Positions 38,981-51,134 of a stretch of 64,000 bases of DNA are shown here, piece by piece. Every line of letters starts with the position of its first letter. The first letter of the stretch is position 1. A model generated the notes under the pieces. The model did not search any database. It had not been told where the DNA came from and was given only the letters and a program-made list of their open reading frames with translations. Location: NCBI GenBank assembly GCA_951406725.2, contig OX597838.1, forward strand, positions 12,710,001 to 12,774,000. The letters are read 5' to 3'. Both the position numbers and the translations under genes were made by a program. Origin of the DNA: Octopus vulgaris. Its lineage: Eukaryota.

Positions 38981-39382
38981 AGAGTCTGCAATCTATGTTC
39001 TTAATTGCAAAAATGCAGACATCAATCAGAAGGCTGCAAAATCCTCCTCTCCTATCATAACCATAATGACTGGGTGATAGTACAATAATTACGGCTGAGT
39101 CTCTGGTGGTAATGCTGATAATATGCATGACTACTTGGGAAGCATGTTGGAAATGTCTTTAATTGGTTTTGAGGCTTATCTAACTATTGGCCTTGACCAC
39201 TTGACTGCTTCTTGTGATAATAGCGGTGATGTGGGGTGATGATCTTTGCTTTCTGCAGCTCACACATCTTATCTAGTTTGTTAATTATTTTTCCTTATTT
39301 GTAGTGATGACATCGCTGAAAATTTAGATATTACAGATGAACTTTTGTGCTTGTGCTTTTCCCCACCCCCCTCCACTAAACC

Positions 39383-39811
39383 TCTTTTCTCTTTCTCTTT
39401 TACTCGTTTCAGTCATTTGACTGCGGCCATGCTGGAGCACCGCCTTTAGTCGAGCAAATCGACCCCGGGACTTATTCTTTTGTAAGCCCAGTACTTATTC
39501 TATCGGTCTCTTTTGCCGAACCGCTAAGTGACGGGGACGTAAACACACAAGCATCGGTTGTCAAGCAATGCTAGGGGGACAAACACAGACACACAAACAC
39601 ACACACACATACATACATATATATATATATATATACACATACATATATACGACATGCTTCTTTCAGTTTCCGTCTACCAAATCCACTCGCAAGGCATTGG
39701 TCGGCCCGGGGCTATAGCAGAAGACACTTGCCCAAGATGCCACGCAGTGGGACTGAACCCGCAACCATGTGGTTGGTTAGCAAGCTACTTACCACACAGC
39801 CACTCCTGCGC
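39383..39811 (-). mobile_element. SINE family A copy
   Basis: Full-length reverse-complement match. Confidence 0.92.
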
Positions 39812-40784
39812 CTATGACTATAAAACCTAAAACATAAGAAAACTGTCGTTCATAGTCTTGGCTCTGCTTGTCTGTGGTGTGTGCAGTGGACCCTTGTTAT
39901 GCTAGTCCAGATAAAAAAAATTTTTACGTGGCTTCCCGACCATGTGGTCTTGGGGTTCCATCTCACTGTGCAGTGCCATGATTTTGCAATCAAGCCACTG
40001 TCATGCACTTTCTCTCACACACATGCACACACACACATACACACACACATTGAAATCAATAAAAAGAGTTCAGTGGTGCAGAGTGGAAAATTCAACGTTT
40101 CAAACAATCCTTCCTCAGTTGGGGGAAAAGCTGAAAGGAGAGAAATTGAGAGACAGGCAGAGTTTGACATGCTCTAAGTTTGTTGTGATAATTTCTTCAA
40201 AAGAAGAGACCTGTCCGAAGAAGCATTGACATTCGTGCCCTGCGACCACATGCAGATAGATTCAGATTTGGAAAAAACTCTTCAGCCCTGCTTGTCTAGT
40301 TGATAACAGACTCATGTCCTACTTAACCGGGAAGAAAGTTAGTGGCAGGAAAGACAACCAGTCATGAAAACAATTGCTCCATCAGCATGCACCATTTTTT
40401 CTTTTCCTTTTTCTTTTCTCTCTATAAACCACCCATCCTAGCTACCCTTCCTACCCAGACATGGAACATGTATGGGAAAACAGTTTAGCAAGAGGAATAT
40501 ATATAAAACAAATATATTTGGTTTATTTTTCATTCCTTAACCAAATGCGGCTTATTTGTTTTACAGTTGTTGTCTCTTGTGTGTGGCAAGTGTTTTTGTG
40601 TGTGTGAATATCCATTGACTGAAAACTTCTCCATTTCTCTCTGTTACTGTCCCCTAATAAATACCTCTGTCCCCACTCTTACTCCTCAGCTTATATATAC
40701 AAGCCAAAGTGGTGCATTCTCCCTTTGTTTGTCATTAGATTGTGGCATTTTATGGAAATTTTTGGTCAAATGAATTGACTACAT

Positions 40785-40816
<32 letters not shown>

Positions 40817-40817
40817 A

Positions 40818-40989
40818 AGGTGCAGGAGTGGCTGTGTGGTAGGTTGCTTGTTTACCAACCACATGGTTCCGGGTTCAGTCCCACTGCGTGGCATCTTGGG
40901 CAAGTGCCTTCTGCTATAGCCTCGGGCCGACCAAAGCCTTGTGAGTGGATTTGGTAGACAGAAACTGAAAGAAGCCCGTCGTATATATG

Positions 40990-41020
<31 letters not shown>

Positions 41021-41237
41021 ATGTTTGTGTTTGTCTCCCTAGCATTGCTTGACAACCGATGCTGGTGTGTTTACGTCCCCGTCACTTAGCGGTTCGGCAA
41101 AAGAGACCGATAGAATAAGTACTGGGCTTACAAAAGAATAAGTTCCAGGGTCGAGTTGCTCAATCGACTGAAGGCGGTGCTCCAGCATGGCCGCAATCAA
41201 ATGACTGAAACAAGTAAAAGAGTATAGAGTAAAAGAG

Positions 41238-41240
<3 letters not shown>
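40818..41240 (+). mobile_element. SINE family A copy
   Basis: Full-length match. Confidence 0.92.
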
Positions 41241-41277
<37 letters not shown>

Positions 41278-41520
41278 AGAAAACATGTCTAGGTAATGTA
41301 TGTGATGTAACTCTGCACTACTCTTCCCCAGTAAACTCAGGCTTCGGCAGGAACGTCTGTAAATGTTACCCTGCTATATTACTACTGATTTCTTTGCCCT
41401 ACATATATATATATCTTATTTTAATTATTTATATTTACTATATTCTTGATACCTCAATGGATGGGTAAGTTCTCTAGAAAGCAAGTCAAACAACCCAGTC
41501 TTATTTGCCATTGCACACAC

Positions 41521-41553
<33 letters not shown>

Positions 41554-42200
41554 CTCACTCACACATCACTCGGAAAGGCATAAACATTGACTGCTCACTC
41601 ACAACATCAGTTCCCCTCCGACCCTTCCTATCTATGAATCCGGGGTTTTTGAAACCATGTAAAACAAAATGAACCAAAAACCAAAAAAAAAAAGACAAAA
41701 AAATAGTATCCAGATTTCTTTCGTGTGTGTGTGTGTGTGTGTGTGGTAGTAGGGGATGCAGAATGAAGCTGTGGGAAATTCTGTCTGATGTAAGTAAAGG
41801 AAATGGTTCCAGCTGGGAATCCAAATGGGGGCCATAGTTTTCAGCAGGCTGAGAACTAAGTGCCATTCTATGATGTAAAAGTTTCTACTGACACCATTGT
41901 CAGTGACAGAGTAACCTTGTAAATAATATTAATAATGGTTTAGTTATTGTCTAATACAGTACTGTTGTCATTTTTTAGAAATTATTTTATCTCACATACA
42001 CGCATATCTATATATATATATACATATATATATATATAATATTTTTTTAATTTTCCATACACCCATTTTTATTAAAATTTACCTTCAATTTAGCATTCTG
42101 CCTTTTTTAATTTTTCCTCGTCTATATATACTGTCCTTCTCGCCATGATAGGTTGTTAGCTTCTACACGCATTTTTTTCTCTCCTTGTTTTTTCTGTGTA

Positions 42201-42238
42201 TCTTTCTGTCGAAGAGCATAGGCTCGAAACATAAAAGA
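42201..42238 (+). ncRNA. Minimal type-I hammerhead-like motif within a Penelope-like remnant (~42110-42336)
   Basis: TCTTT-CTGTCGA-a-GAGC-atag-GCTC-GAAAC-ATA-AAAGA: perfect 5-bp stem I and 4-bp stem II; core differs at A6 and in stem III. Confidence 0.55.
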
Positions 42239-42334
42239 CTTGTTCTATTTCTATTCCTGAGCGCCATACTAATACATTTGTTTGTTTGTACTCCATCTGC
42301 CTTCGTCTTTTGTTTATTTTCGTAAACCTTCCCG

Positions 42335-42375
<41 letters not shown>

Positions 42376-42419
42376 CGGTGCCCCAGCATGGCCACAGCTC
42401 GTGAGCTGAAACTAGATAA

Positions 42420-42454
<35 letters not shown>

Positions 42455-42499
42455 AAAGTAAGATAGGGGTTATGAGGGTAACCCACTATGGGATATCAG

Positions 42500-42544
<45 letters not shown>

Positions 42545-42560
42545 CATACATACAAACAAT

Positions 42561-42673
42561 AATATGTTACTTTACTCGGTAGTCAAGATAAAACTCTGAG
42601 TTTCAGATGCCGAAGTGGAAATCCACAACACCATCTCTTCAGTTATCTTGACTATCGAGTAATGTAACATATT
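42561..42673 (-). ncRNA. Hammerhead-like motif closed by a 31-bp stem I
   Basis: Minus strand: 31-nt arm-CTGAAGA-GATG..GTGG attt CCAC..CATC-T-GAAA-CTCAGAG-TT-31-nt complementary arm (29/31 Watson-Crick). Confidence 0.65.
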
Positions 42674-42763
42674 ACATTTACAGATAAATTTCCTCTATTT
42701 ACATAATATTGAGGTCTCTTTCTTTCTTTTGTTATCTTACCGTTTTTACCATTATATATATAT

Positions 42764-43166
42764 ATTTTACTCATTTACTTGTTTCAGTCATTTGACTGCG
42801 GCCATGCTGGAGCACCGCCTTTAGTCGAGCAACTCGACCCCGGGACTTATTCTTTTTGTAAGCCCAGTACTTATTCTGTCGGTCTCTTATGCCGAACCGC
42901 TAAGTAACGGGGACGTAAACACACCAGCATCGGTTGTCAAGCAATGCTAGGGGAACAAACACAGACACACAAACACACATATATATATATATATACATAT
43001 ATACGACAGGCTTCTTTCAGTTTCCGTCTACCAAATCCACTCACAAGGCATTGGTCGGCCCGGGGCTATAGTAGAAGACACTTGCCCAAGATGCCACGCA
43101 GTGGGACTGAACCCGGAACCATGTGGTTGGTTAGCAAGCTACTTACCACACAGCCACTCCTGCGCC
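42764..43166 (-). mobile_element. SINE family A copy
   Basis: Full-length reverse-complement match. Confidence 0.92.
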
Positions 43167-43610
43167 TATATATATATATATAAATGTTTATGAATTTGTT
43201 TTGCAAGATTCCTGATGTGAAATCGTGTGTTTGATACTGATATTCTTTGGGGTGGTCATTTTGTTTTTTCTTGCCAAATAAACATTGCACACTATATAAT
43301 TCATCTTTCACTTGTTTGTTATCGTTCTCATTTTATCTTATGTCCATTGTCTGGAAATCTTCCATCACACAACACATCTGTGACCACTTGAGTAACTCTT
43401 CCATCCATGTGTTTCCTCCCATTCTGATTAGTCCATTCTATCTCTATGACGTGTATCCTTTATCTGTATGTGCGTGCATGTGCATGCGCATCTGTTTTTT
43501 ATGTATTTTGTGTGTGTGTGTGTGTGTGTATTTGGTTTTGCTTACTATATTATTTGTATCTGTGCCCTTTTTATAGTTTGTTTTTCATTTATTTACTTAT
43601 TTCTATTATA

Positions 43611-44011
43611 CTAGCAGTATCACCCGGCGTTGCTCAGGTTTGTAAGGGAAATAACTATATAAGCATTTTTAGAGATGTAAAGTATAATAGCCATCTCAAT
43701 ATGGCTAACCACAAAGGGGGGGCGGTGTTACTGTATAGCTTTTTACGTTCTGAGATTTAATAATAAATTTTAGAGAGTTACTTTCCTTATATATGCCAAA
43801 AATGCATTAAAAATGGGGAAAATTGATGGTAAATTTTTTTTTTAAATAATAGACTCATCGTAGACGCACGCTAATACCCAGAAGGGCTCGATATGAATCA
43901 CGACTATAAGATACCCGGTTTTGGTTAGACTGCACCGCAAAATGTGGGAGTAGTTAGGAATCTAAATCGTAGGAGACAGACAGCACACAACCTCACTTTT
44001 ATATATAAAGA
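43611..44011 (-). mobile_element. Complete non-autonomous Helitron (~400 bp)
   Basis: Minus strand starts A|TCTTTATATAT and ends with a GC-rich hairpin (acctgagcaacgccgggt) then CTAG|T; no TSD. Confidence 0.85.
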
Positions 44012-44038
44012 TTTCATCATAAGTATGTGCATGTCTCT

Positions 44039-44078
<40 letters not shown>

Positions 44079-46424
44079 CATGGGTTTATGTATTATACTG
44101 TTTGTATCTGTGTCTTTTGTTTTGTTCTCTTTCGTCATGTGTTATCAATGTGATGTTCTCGTTTTTAAGTTTATCAAAATAGATCTTCTTTAGAATTCCG
44201 AGCCAGTACTGCATGTTACAACGTTTCATGTATGAATACACCTCTATATAAGCAATGCAATTGTCATATATACGAGACACAACTTGCAGTGCTGGCTCTG
44301 GATTCCTGGGAAAATATCCCAACAAAAGGGTTATTGTATTTGACGATACTGTAGGTGTGCTCTAATTTTAACGGTACATATTCAAGAACATTTTTTGCTT
44401 TGTGTATTAAAGCATGCAATATTTAAAGCAATCTAGCTGTAACATTGCAAAGCATTCACAAAAGTATCTTGACTGAGGCATAAAATGACTCTCATCATTT
44501 AACATCCATCTTCCATGCTGGCATGGGTTAGGTGGTTTGACAGGAGCTAGCAGGCCAGAAGACTGCACCAGGCTTCACCGTCTCTTTTGGCATGGTTTTA
44601 GTTTGAAATTAGGGTGTAGTAGTGTCAGGGTTAAAATCAGCTTATGGGAGGCCCAACTTCGTGTATACAGGGTGATTTAAAAAAAAGATTTAATTTTTAT
44701 CTGGCATGTATTTTGACATGAAAAATAATCAAGCAAAATGTGGGGGTTGAACTGTTGTCCATTCTATGGAGCTCTACAGGGATGCCTGTTAAATGCATTG
44801 TAAAGTTCCAAACTTAGGGTTTACTTTTTTACCCCATAGCAATGTATCTGTGTTTGTCTCCCTGCCATAACTTGACAACGAATACCGGTGTGTTTCTGTC
44901 CCTGTAACTTAGCAGTTCAGCAAAAGAGGCTGATAGAATAAGTACTAGGCTTACAAATAATAAGTCTTGGGGTAAATTTCTTCAACTAACACTCTTTAGG
45001 GTGGTGCTCCAGCATGGCTGCAGTCAAATGACTGAAATGAGTAAAAAAATAAAAGGACCCCTATCCCATGAACACTATTAATTTATGTAATTTGAAGACG
45101 ATTATCACATCATTTTCTAAGATATGATGCAAATGTGGCTAATTATTCATTTAGGCCTAATTAGGAAAGATTTCAACCAATTCGCTGACTATTCAATGTG
45201 TCATATTTCCTAAAATATTCATCCAAATTTCACAAATGAAGTATCAAAATGTTTCTTTTTGGATGCTCTCCAAGAAAAAGTACAGTAGAAGCTAGATTTA
45301 AATATTTTCAAAATTTCATAGTGTTACCTACTGTTGTTGAGAATAACAATCCCATGAGCTGTTCCTATCTTCCTTCCCTTTTAGCATTGTTATCACTTTA
45401 ACCCTTTCATACCTACCACATGACATCATCCCTAGGTCTATGATGCAAACTTCTTATCTAGATTATGACTTTCCATTAGAATTCCTTGTGAATTTGTGTT
45501 CCAATACCAGCATTAACCACAGTTATTTTACTAAATTTTAAAAAATCAGTCTATTTCGATAGAAATATTGGTAATGAATGAGTTAAAAGGCATCAGGGGT
45601 TACATGGAAAGTGCTGTGAGTTCTACTAGTTAGGCTGATAAAACTAAGCAATAACAGCATTTTAAAACTTTTAATGTATTTTCCAATTGTATTTGTAAAA
45701 ATTTCTGATGCTTTATTAATCGCTGCCAAAATTATTATTTGATCAAACATACACTGACAGTATTGGACCTACAGATATATAGATTTTATATAGGCAAACA
45801 AACCATTTTTGACTTGATTTTGTATCAAGAGGAAACTGTTGTTTTTTGCCCATAAGTCAGTTGACCTTGATCAATCAAACCTTTGATTAAACAATTCTAG
45901 CAGTGACCTTCCAGCTATTTCTCCCCTGAGTATAATGTACCTGGACTACATTATCCAGTGTCCTTTTTTTTTTTCTTTTTCTTTTTAATTTTATGTAAGA
46001 TGATAGGTTGGTATGCACTGGAGATGTGGCTGCTGTTTCTAGCTGGTGAGTGATTGCTTAGAGGCTTTCCTAGTTAGCTTGTATTGTAGAATGTTCTTGA
46101 AATGAGAAATCTTTCAAGAATGTCTGCATTATTCATCAGACATATTAATATCATCTCTCGTAAATAAAAGCAGTTGAACAGCAGACAAAATGCTTTGCTG
46201 TATTTAGTTACATACTTTTGTGTCTGAGTTTAAACAATTTCAAAGTGGTTGGCATTGTCTTTTGTCCTTCCAAGGTCAATAACATAACTCCAGCCAAGTT
46301 CAGGGATCAATTGTAAGTAACTGAAGCCCTGTTCCCTACCTTCCTCCAAAATTTATGCCCTTGTACTTTTATGGTACCTTTAAAGCTTCTGATCAAACTA
46401 AAGAAGTTTTTTTGTTTTGTTGTT

Positions 46425-46674
46425 TTGTTTTACTTGTTTCAGTCATTTGACTGCAGCCATGCTGGAGCACCGCCTTTAGTCGAGCAAATCGACCCCGGGA
46501 CTTATTCTTTGTAAGCCCAGTACTTATTCTACCGGTCCCTTTTGCCGAACCGCTAAGTGACGGAGGCATAAACACACCAGCATCGGTTGTCAAGCAATGC
46601 TAGGGGGACAAACACAAACACACACACACATATATATATATATATACGACAGGCTTCTTTGAGTTTCCGTCTAC
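46425..46674 (-). mobile_element. 5'-truncated SINE family A
   Basis: 3' half only. Confidence 0.88.
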
Positions 46675-48072
46675 CTGCTTTTAAAGTTCTCTCTATATAT
46701 AAACAGCAAAATGTCTGTGTGTGTGTGTATCCTTTATACAAATCTACAATTTTTCAGTTAGAGTGCTCGCACTTTCTATGGTCATTCAAAACCGTCCAAG
46801 GGTGGTCGTGCACATCTTTACATTTCCCCAGTCACCCCACAAAGCCATTTAAAAATCAATAGAAGTGACTTCTTTGTGAATTTTCTATCCAAAACCCAAT
46901 CAAAATGCCTGAAACTTGATATGCCAATTGAATGCCAGCTAGCTGTATGTGATTGGTCGGAGATTTGGACAGTACTCGTGTGTATGTGTGCACACACACA
47001 CGCAGCTGTATATGCATGCACTAGCACTACGACCCAGTGTTGCCAGGTCATAGTGCTAGTCTAAATTAAGACCTTCAATCAAAATTTCTTGTGAATTTAT
47101 GTTCCAAATATGAAATCAATAATGAGTCACTGTACTAAATTGATCATCATTATTGTTTAACGTCCGTTTTCAATGTTTCTGTAGTGGCATGGTTTCTACA
47201 GCTGGATGCCCTTCCTGACACCAACCACTTGTGTGCGCTGGGTGCTTTTTACATGCCACCAAGCATGGATGTTTATATAGCACTGGCACGTGTGCTTTTT
47301 ATGTGGCACCCACACCTGAAAAGACAATCCTGTACGTATGGAAAGCAATGATTTTACTTAGCTTGATGTGTCTTCTCAAGTACAGCAAGGTCCAGCATCC
47401 AAAGATCCTTCCTGGGTCAACCCATTTAAGGGTGAAAACTGCATATTCAACTGGTTTATTATGCTAAAGCCACTACAGACATTCTTCTTTGGTGTGAGGT
47501 GGGCATGTTGGGCATGCTGGAGTATTCTAAATTTTAACCTCATTCAACAAAAGGAAATTCGACCTTGTTTTTTGTAGCCCTGGATCAGATCAGATCAGAT
47601 CAGATCAAGTAGCTTTGGCTTGAACCAATGAAGGAACTTCTATGCTGTAGCCTGACCTGCTAAAATGGACAACAACTAAGCCTTAGAATTATTACCATCT
47701 CAAAAGTAAATGAATATACTGAGTGATGTAGTCATAAATGGGGTTTTTTTTTTAAATATGGAATAGGCATTTGATTGCAAGTTCCATTCACTGAAACACA
47801 TTCCAACTTCAGTCTTGTCTTGTGTGTGTGTGTTAGGAATCTATTGGGAAATAAGCTGGTGGCATTGTTTAATGGGAGGTTGGAGGAGGTTGGAGGTGGT
47901 GGTAATGGTGGCTGTTTGCCATCCTATTAATAGTAGAACTGACTGCTGCACTCTTACAGGTCTTTTTGACACAGCAGTGAGCTAATGAGGCAGCTTCTAT
48001 GTGGCCACTCAATCTGCTGGAAATAATAGTAAAATTTTTTCTAAAACCAACACCTTATCTTAAACACACACA

Positions 48073-48298
48073 TTAACCCTTTCATTACCAACCTGGCCAA
48101 AACCGGCTCTGGCTCTGTAGTATAAATGTCTTGTTTTCATTAGTTTTTCAATTAAGATATACCACCAAACATTAGTCACAATTTATGTTCCTAACACTAG
48201 CTTAATGATAAGTTATTTTACTAAATTCATTGTTATATTTCAAATAATTGAAAGAAACACAGAGCATCTCAAAATAAATACAGTAACAAAAGGGTTAA
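48073..48298 (-). mobile_element. TTAA-MITE family E
   Basis: TTAACCCTTTCATTAC...GTAACAAAAGGGTTAA. Confidence 0.87.
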
Positions 48299-48597
48299 AG
48301 TAATTTAGAGTAGCCTATACCCAGAACAGGGAAAAACAGGATGGTCAGGACAAAAATTTCTTTTTGTCATAAGTCTGCTTGATGGTGGCTGACCTAGGGC
48401 TACATGACAAGAGAAATTAAATGTTCATGCAGTAACGTGATAGTTTGTGTATAAGCAACAGGTGTTAACTGCTAGTTGTGTAAACACTACTTGAGAATGT
48501 TTTAATTCTCCCTCCTGTCCTTTGAGGTAATTCTGTTTTTGACTGCTCTGTGTGATTTTTGGTAGCAGTGCCTGTCAGTATAACTTATTTAGATTAG

Positions 48598-48642
<45 letters not shown>

Positions 48643-50311
48643 GTGCCTTTTTTCATAGCCTGGTTGACAGTTCTTAATGTTGACCATGTCAAAGGGCATC
48701 CTGATGCCAACCACTTCAGAGTATACTGGGTACTTTTTTTCTTAACACCAACACCAGTGAGGTCACCAAGTACCCACAACAACAAAAAACCCTCAACTGC
48801 ATTGAGGAATATGAAGGTATGATAAAGGGATGAGATAGCAGCTATCTTGAAGAAGATAGAAAGAGAGAGGTGTGAGGTCAAGCTGTAAGGTGACTATGAT
48901 AGGGAGAATACAATAGAGGTGGGTGTGTGGTCGAAAAGTTTGCCTCCCAACTGTACCTTCAGCTTCAGTCACACTGTGGTACCTCTGATGTCTACTACTG
49001 TAGCCTGGGCCAACCAGGCTTTGTGAACAGATTTAATGGGCAGAGACTAGAAGACTGTTGTTTGTGTATGTGTGGTTGTGTGTTTTTACATCTGCTGCTT
49101 GTATGAAAAATGCTGCAGGTGGCATTCTTGTTTGTCCTGTCAACAAATCGTCTGGACATTTTGTGACTTTGAACCATGTAGAATAAGTGATCCCTTGATC
49201 CTTTCTTGAGAATCAAGGTGAAGGTTAGTATCAGGAAGGGTATCTGGCTGAAAAGTGATGCCTCAAATAACATAGCTGTCCAGTCCGTGCAAACAAGGAA
49301 AAATGGGCATAGAACAAATGGACAAACATAATGTGTGTGTGTGTAAATGGTTGATCGTTTCTCTTGCTTTTAAAGAAGGTGATGGGGAAACGTGCAATTG
49401 GGATATTGATTATCCAGGGCAGTAACAGAAGTGAACTAGATGCATCTGGGAGTGGACACTAGGTCATAGGAACTATTTACCAAACACTGAATTTGCTAAT
49501 TAATATCATTCATTTGAAGACCAGATTGATGTGACTTAAGAGAAATTCAGCTGCTATTTCTTGCTGGTCAACCGGCCACTTGTTCAGTTGGCTGCTTGGA
49601 GGCTTCCTTCAGTATTTGCCAGGTTTGAGCTTACAAAGGGAGATTACTTCAACCAATGAAAGATTTTTGTTTTATTGATTTCATGTTTCAATGTATTGAT
49701 TCCTTTGCAGTAAATTCCTCTTTCTGTTAGTTCTGGAAATCTCTCACATTTGCGAACAATAATTTCACATTAATCATGCTACTTACAAAACTGCAGTTTT
49801 CATAGGGGGGGATTTTTGAGGTTTTTGTTATTCTTTCTAATAAGGTTTCAAGTCATGGCTTAAACGAGATTTAAAAAAAATTTACTTGAGCTTATACTGA
49901 TATACAGGGAGATCAGTGTAAAGGGTTTTATTTTGTTTTTATACACACACACACGCACACACACAGCTTGGCTGTGTGGTTAAAAAGTTTGCTTTTTAAC
50001 TGTGTGGCTTCAGGTTCTGATCTCCTTGCAAGGCTCCTTGGCAAGTGTCTTCTACTGTAACTCTGGGTCAACATTGTGAGTGAATTTGGTAGAAGGAAAC
50101 TGCAATGGAACCCATTCATATATGTGTGTGTGTTTGTCCCACCACCACTGCTTGGCAACTTGTATTGGTTCGTTTATGGCCTTGTAACTTTGCAATTCAG
50201 CAAAGGAGTTCAATAGAATAAGTACCAGTTTTAAAGGAAAAAAAATGTACTTGATTTATTTGATTAAATTCAAGGTGGTGCTCCAGCATGGTCGCAGTCT
50301 AATGGCTGGTT

Positions 50312-50521
50312 ACTTTCATCTCAATCGAAGGAGAGGGGCTTTCTCCGTCCGGGTTGCGGATCCATGGAATAAGATGCCGAATACCGCTCGGTTCAAAGTC
50401 TCCCTTGACCACAAATGGCCTGAACTCTTTACATGAACACCACCCTGTACATAACTCCATGTCCCCCTACATGGCCTTGCTTTTTTGCAATTTGAGCCAA
50501 AAAATTAACTAACTAACTAAC
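50312..50521 (+). mobile_element. CR1-clade LINE 3' end, same family as 31199-31490
   Basis: FHLNRRRGAFSVRVADPWNK/MP...FKVSLDHKWPELFT* with a 21-bp internal deletion; (TAAC)n tail. Confidence 0.88.
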
Positions 50522-50660
50522 CACTTTGTTGTGTCCAACTTCCCAGGCCCAGCACCATCCAATGTATCGAGTCCGTTCTCCACAGTACATCAGTTTTCTG
50601 GAATTCCTTCCCTGCTCGTGTCCTCATGGACATTGACTTTCAATGTTTCGATTGTTTGTT
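50522..50660 (+). mobile_element. Old LINE (CR1/Jockey group) ORF2 C-terminal remnant
   Basis: CVQLPRPSTIQCIESVLHSTSVFWNSFPARVLMDIDFQCF resembles the RT..Y..SF..RTS.LWNSLP..F...LQ.F pattern. Confidence 0.45.
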
Positions 50661-50774
50661 TGGATAATACTGTTCCACATATACTCATTACATTGGTTTG
50701 GGAGGATTTGACAGGGACTTGGCTGAGGGAACCTAAAAGCAGTTGCTTATTGGCTCCCTCATCAACTTGCAGTT

Positions 50775-51003
50775 TTAACCCTTTCGATACCAACCCGGCT
50801 GAAACCGCCTCTGGCTCTGTAGTATAAATGTCTTGTTTTCATAAGTTTTGAATTAAAATCTTCCACCAAACCTTAGTCACAATTTATGTTCCTTACACCA
50901 GCTGAATGATAACTAAGATATTTTACTAAATTCTTAGTTAATTTAAAATTAATTGAAAGAAACACAAAGCATCTCAAAATAAATACAGTAACGAAAGGGT
51001 TAT
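50775..51003 (-). mobile_element. TTAA-MITE family E, ~130 bp upstream of the exon acceptor
   Basis: TTAACCCTTTCGATAC...GTAACGAAAGGGTTAT. Confidence 0.87.
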
Positions 51004-51134
51004 TCTGTTGTACATTTTAGTGTATGGTTGTGTTGATGGACTTTTTTTATTTTTTATTTTTTCCCCAGTACAGTTACTCTTTCTCAAAATCCTTAATTAT
51101 GCGAATGCTAATTTTTTTTTCTTTTTTGTTGCAG

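Noticed and set aside
51008-51134. N-terminal 42 aa of the 879-aa ORF as a signal or transmembrane segment, and the C-terminal KYRFFSFF... tail
   Set aside because: These are the intronic polypyrimidine tract and the post-donor T-rich intron; the ORF starts at TTG, not ATG.
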